Source of the DNA: Octopus sinensis
Lineage: Eukaryota
Length of the DNA stretch: 64,000 bases
Direction of reading: 5' to 3'
Assembly: GCF_006345805.1 (NCBI RefSeq)
Contig: NC_043015.1
Coordinates: 49,848,001 to 49,912,000, forward strand
Shown here: one piece after another, positions 61,169 to 64,000 of the stretch
How positions within the stretch are numbered: position 1 is the stretch's first letter
Layout: every line of letters begins with the position of its first letter
Position numbers and translations under genes: made by a program
Notes under the pieces: generated by a model
Database searches by the model: none
Told to the model about the DNA's origin: nothing
What the model saw: the letters and a program-made list of their open reading frames with translations, nothing else

Positions 61169-61250
61169 TGATCACACGAAGAGACCGACTGATACTCCTA
61201 AACCAGTTAAGTATCCCACATGAGAAGGGTCGAAACAGCTGTAGTGATCA
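61169..61250 (+). ncRNA. Hammerhead-like motif, perfect stems, non-canonical core
   Basis: UGAUCAC-ACGAAGA-GACC...GGUC-GAAA-CAGCUG-UA-GUGAUCA. Confidence 0.5.
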
Positions 61251-61315
61251 ATAAACATTCTCATGTCTTTCGTGTTCCATCTTTCTCATTAATCAAATAT
61301 CTATATACCTATATC

Positions 61316-61788
61316 ATCATCGTTTACTGTCTGCTTTCTATGCTGGCATGGGTTGGGCGGTTTGACTGAGGACTGGCAAGCCAGAAGGCTGCACCAGGCT
61401 CCAATCTGATCTGACTAGGTTTCTACAGCTGGATGCTCTTCCTAACGCCAACCTCTCCAATAGTGTAGTCAGTGCTTTTTTACGTGCCACTGGCACGAGG
61501 GCCAGTCAGAAGGTACTGGCATCGATCACACTCGAATGGTGCTTTTTACGTGCTACCGGCACAGGTGCCAGTCATGCGGTAGTGGCATCAGCCGGTCACA
61601 ACAATGATTTCATTTGACTCAACAGGTTTTCTCAAGCGTAGTTTATTACTCAATGGGCCGGTTATGTGACACTGGCATAAGCCACAGCTCTGGTCTTGCC
61701 ATTGCCTCTGTGAGGCCCAACGTTCAAAAGTCGTGCTTCACCACCTCATCCCAGGTCTTCCTGTGCCTACCTCTTCCACAGGTTCCAT
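61316..61788 (-). mobile_element. RTE 3' end (coding C-terminus, UTR, (GAT)n tail), truncated at (TA)n
   Basis: Minus strand GTCGRGRHRKTWDEVVKHDF*TLGLTEAM joined to the UTR family. Confidence 0.8.
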
Positions 61789-61795
61789 ATATATA

Positions 61796-61842
<47 letters not shown>

Positions 61843-61848
61843 AAGGTT

Positions 61849-62127
61849 CAATGGCCCAGTGGTTAGGGCAGCGGACTCGCGGTCATAGGATCACGGTTTC
61901 GATTCCCAGACAGCCGTTGTGAGTGTTAATTGAATGAAAACACCTTAAGCTCCACGAGGCTCAGGCAGGGGTTGGTGGCGATCCCTGCTGTACTCTTTCA
62001 CCACAACTTTCATCTGTTGGCCTGCTCACTCAACCAGCGGGGTGGCGTCATTTGAAGACTAAAACAATGCGAAGCGCATTGTGACTTGCGATGTATAGCA
62101 AAATCTGATAGCCTGGTCGATCACGTG
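61849..62127 (+). mobile_element. SINE family C with a third type of tail
   Basis: TGGCCCAGTGG, GGTTTCGATTCCC, AAGCTCCACGAGGCTC. Confidence 0.8.
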
Positions 62128-62139
62128 ATTATATATATA

Positions 62140-62524
62140 CTCTTGTTTCAGTCATTTGACTGTGGCCATGCTGGAGCACCGTCTTTAGTCGACCAAATCG
62201 ACCCCAGGGCTTATTCTTTGTAAGCCTAGTACTTATTCTATCGGTCTCTTTTGCCGAACCGCTAAGTTACGGGGACGTAAACACACCAGCATCGGTTGTC
62301 GAGCTATGTTGGTGAGAAAAACACAAACACAAAGACATACACGTATATATATATATATATACGACGGGCTTCTTTCAGTTTCCGTCTACCAAATCCACTC
62401 ACAAGGCTTTGGTCGGCCTAAGACTATATTAGAAGACACTTGCCCAAGGTGCCACGCAGGTGTACTGAACCCCGAACCAAATGGTTCGTTAGCAAGCTAC
62501 TTACCACACAGCCACTCCTACGCC
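62140..62524 (-). mobile_element. SINE family A, full length
   Basis: Colinear with 26731-27134. Confidence 0.9.
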
Positions 62525-62554
<30 letters not shown>

Positions 62555-62555
<1 letters not shown>

Positions 62556-62690
62556 CTTCTGACGAGGCCTTTGGTTATTTTAACATACAAGTATAATTTT
62601 TAATGCCTAAAACCATAATACACTGACATCTATAGGCAATATAGGTTGAATTGACACTTGACCATAGGCTGAAACAGCTGTAAGCTGTAA
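62555..62690 (+). ncRNA. Type I hammerhead motif with extended stem II and large loop
   Basis: UCUU-CUGACGA-GGCCUUUGGUU...(~80 nt)...GACCAUAGGCU-GAAA-CAGCUG-UA-AG. Confidence 0.6.
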
Positions 62691-63031
62691 GGAGCAGTTT
62701 ATTTGTATTATTATATTACATATTGATATATAGTGTTTTGTTTGATTTTGATGTTCCCGTTTGTATAATTAATAATGTGAAATTGTAATATCCGTAAGCT
62801 GATGAACGAGATGAATTTGTTTCTCCATTTTCTTATTTGTATTATGAATTTACGGTCAAAATATTTTTTACCTTCACCCATTTAATACCATAAATGAATT
62901 AATTGCATTGAAATTAAAAGCATTTATGTATTAAGAATTTGGGTACTTTACCAGCAGTATATTGGATAACTGATATCCCATAGTGTGTTACATTCATAAC
63001 CCTTATCTTACTTTGTATATATACATATATA

Positions 63032-63410
63032 CTAGCAGTATCGCCCGGCGTTGCTCGGGTTTGTAAGGGAAATAACTATATAAGCATTTTTAGAGTTATA
63101 GCCCCAAAAAAGCAAAAAAATGCATTAAAAATGGAAAAAAAAATGATGGTAAATCTTTTTTAAATCGTTGACTCATCGTAGACATTTTTAGAGAGTTACT
63201 TCCCTTATATAATAGCGAAAAAATGCATTAAAATGATGGTAAATCTTTTTTAAGATCGTAGACTCATCGTAGACGCGCGCTAATAACCAGAAGGGCTCGA
63301 TATGAATCACGACTATAAGATACCCGGTTTTGGTTAAACTGCACCGCAAAATGTGGGAGTAGTTAGGAATCTAAATCGTAGGAGACAGACACACAACTTC
63401 ACTTTTATAT
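63032..63410 (-). mobile_element. Non-autonomous Helitron-like element, copy 2
   Basis: Same CTAG/hairpin end and body as 30585-30925. Confidence 0.75.
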
Positions 63411-63779
63411 ATATATATATATAATAATGTGTACTCAGTGAAAAGAACAACCCAAATATGAACCATCATGCAAAAAAGTAGAATTTAAAAAAAAAAAAAA
63501 CTGCCAGGCTAACGAAAAGTATTGCAAACTGTGCATTTATTTATACAGTTATTACATCAAGTGACATTTACAGTTTGTTTGGTTGCTCCCGGTCAATTTT
63601 GGTAACAAGGACCCTGGAGATGGTTCCACTAGTTCTCATAACGATTCTTTCTAGCAAATGCAAGAGTTTACATGAAATTATATATGTATATATAAAAAAT
63701 TAAAAAAATGAAGAAAAACAAAACCAGATTCTGTATATATAATAAATAATAATAATAATAATAATGTCTTTCTATTATA

Positions 63780-64000
63780 GGCACAAGGCCTGAAATTTTG
63801 TGTGTGTGGGGGACTAGTCGAGTTCATTGACCCCCGGAAAGGATGAAAGGCAAAGTCGACCAAGCAAATAATAATAATAATAATAATCCTTTCTAGTATA
63901 GGCACAAGGCCCTGAAATTTTTTTTTAGAGGGGCTGGGGACTAGTTGATTTCATCGACCCCAGTGTTTCAGTGATACTTAATTTATCGACCGACCCCGAA
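63780..64000 (-). mobile_element. SINE family B fragments with (AAT)n
   Basis: GACCCCCGGAAAGGATGAAAGGCAAAGTCGACC. Confidence 0.7.

Overview
Eukaryotic, AT-rich, almost entirely repetitive DNA, very probably from an octopus. The evidence is a cephalopod-type mitochondrial 16S NUMT plus tRNA-derived SINE families like those described from Octopus. I can support no host protein-coding gene, and most ORFs in the track are translated microsatellites. The dominant feature is a full-length, apparently young Ty3/gypsy LTR retrotransposon of the CsRn1 clade (40561-45845). It has 417/418-bp LTRs, a CATG TSD, a tRNA-Trp PBS, a PPT, a CHCC Gag knuckle and PR-RT-RH-IN, and is broken mainly by small indels. 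Around it lie dozens of SINEs; 3' fragments of RTE, CR1 and R4/Dong LINEs; mariner/Tc1 remnants; piggyBac-, hAT-, MULE- and Merlin-like MITEs; two Helitron-like elements; minisatellites; a ~920-bp near-perfect palindrome; and an inverted, split rrnL NUMT. The most notable unannotated signal is a set of about ten type I hammerhead-ribozyme-like motifs (33.8-34.1, 47.2, 55.8 and 59.0-62.7 kb) of the Penelope-associated minimal type. Several sit in head-to-head pairs, one family has a U3-A8 core swap, and one forms the tail of a tRNA-headed SINE. All calls were made by eye. Boundaries of dispersed repeats are approximate unless a TSD or TIR is quoted.
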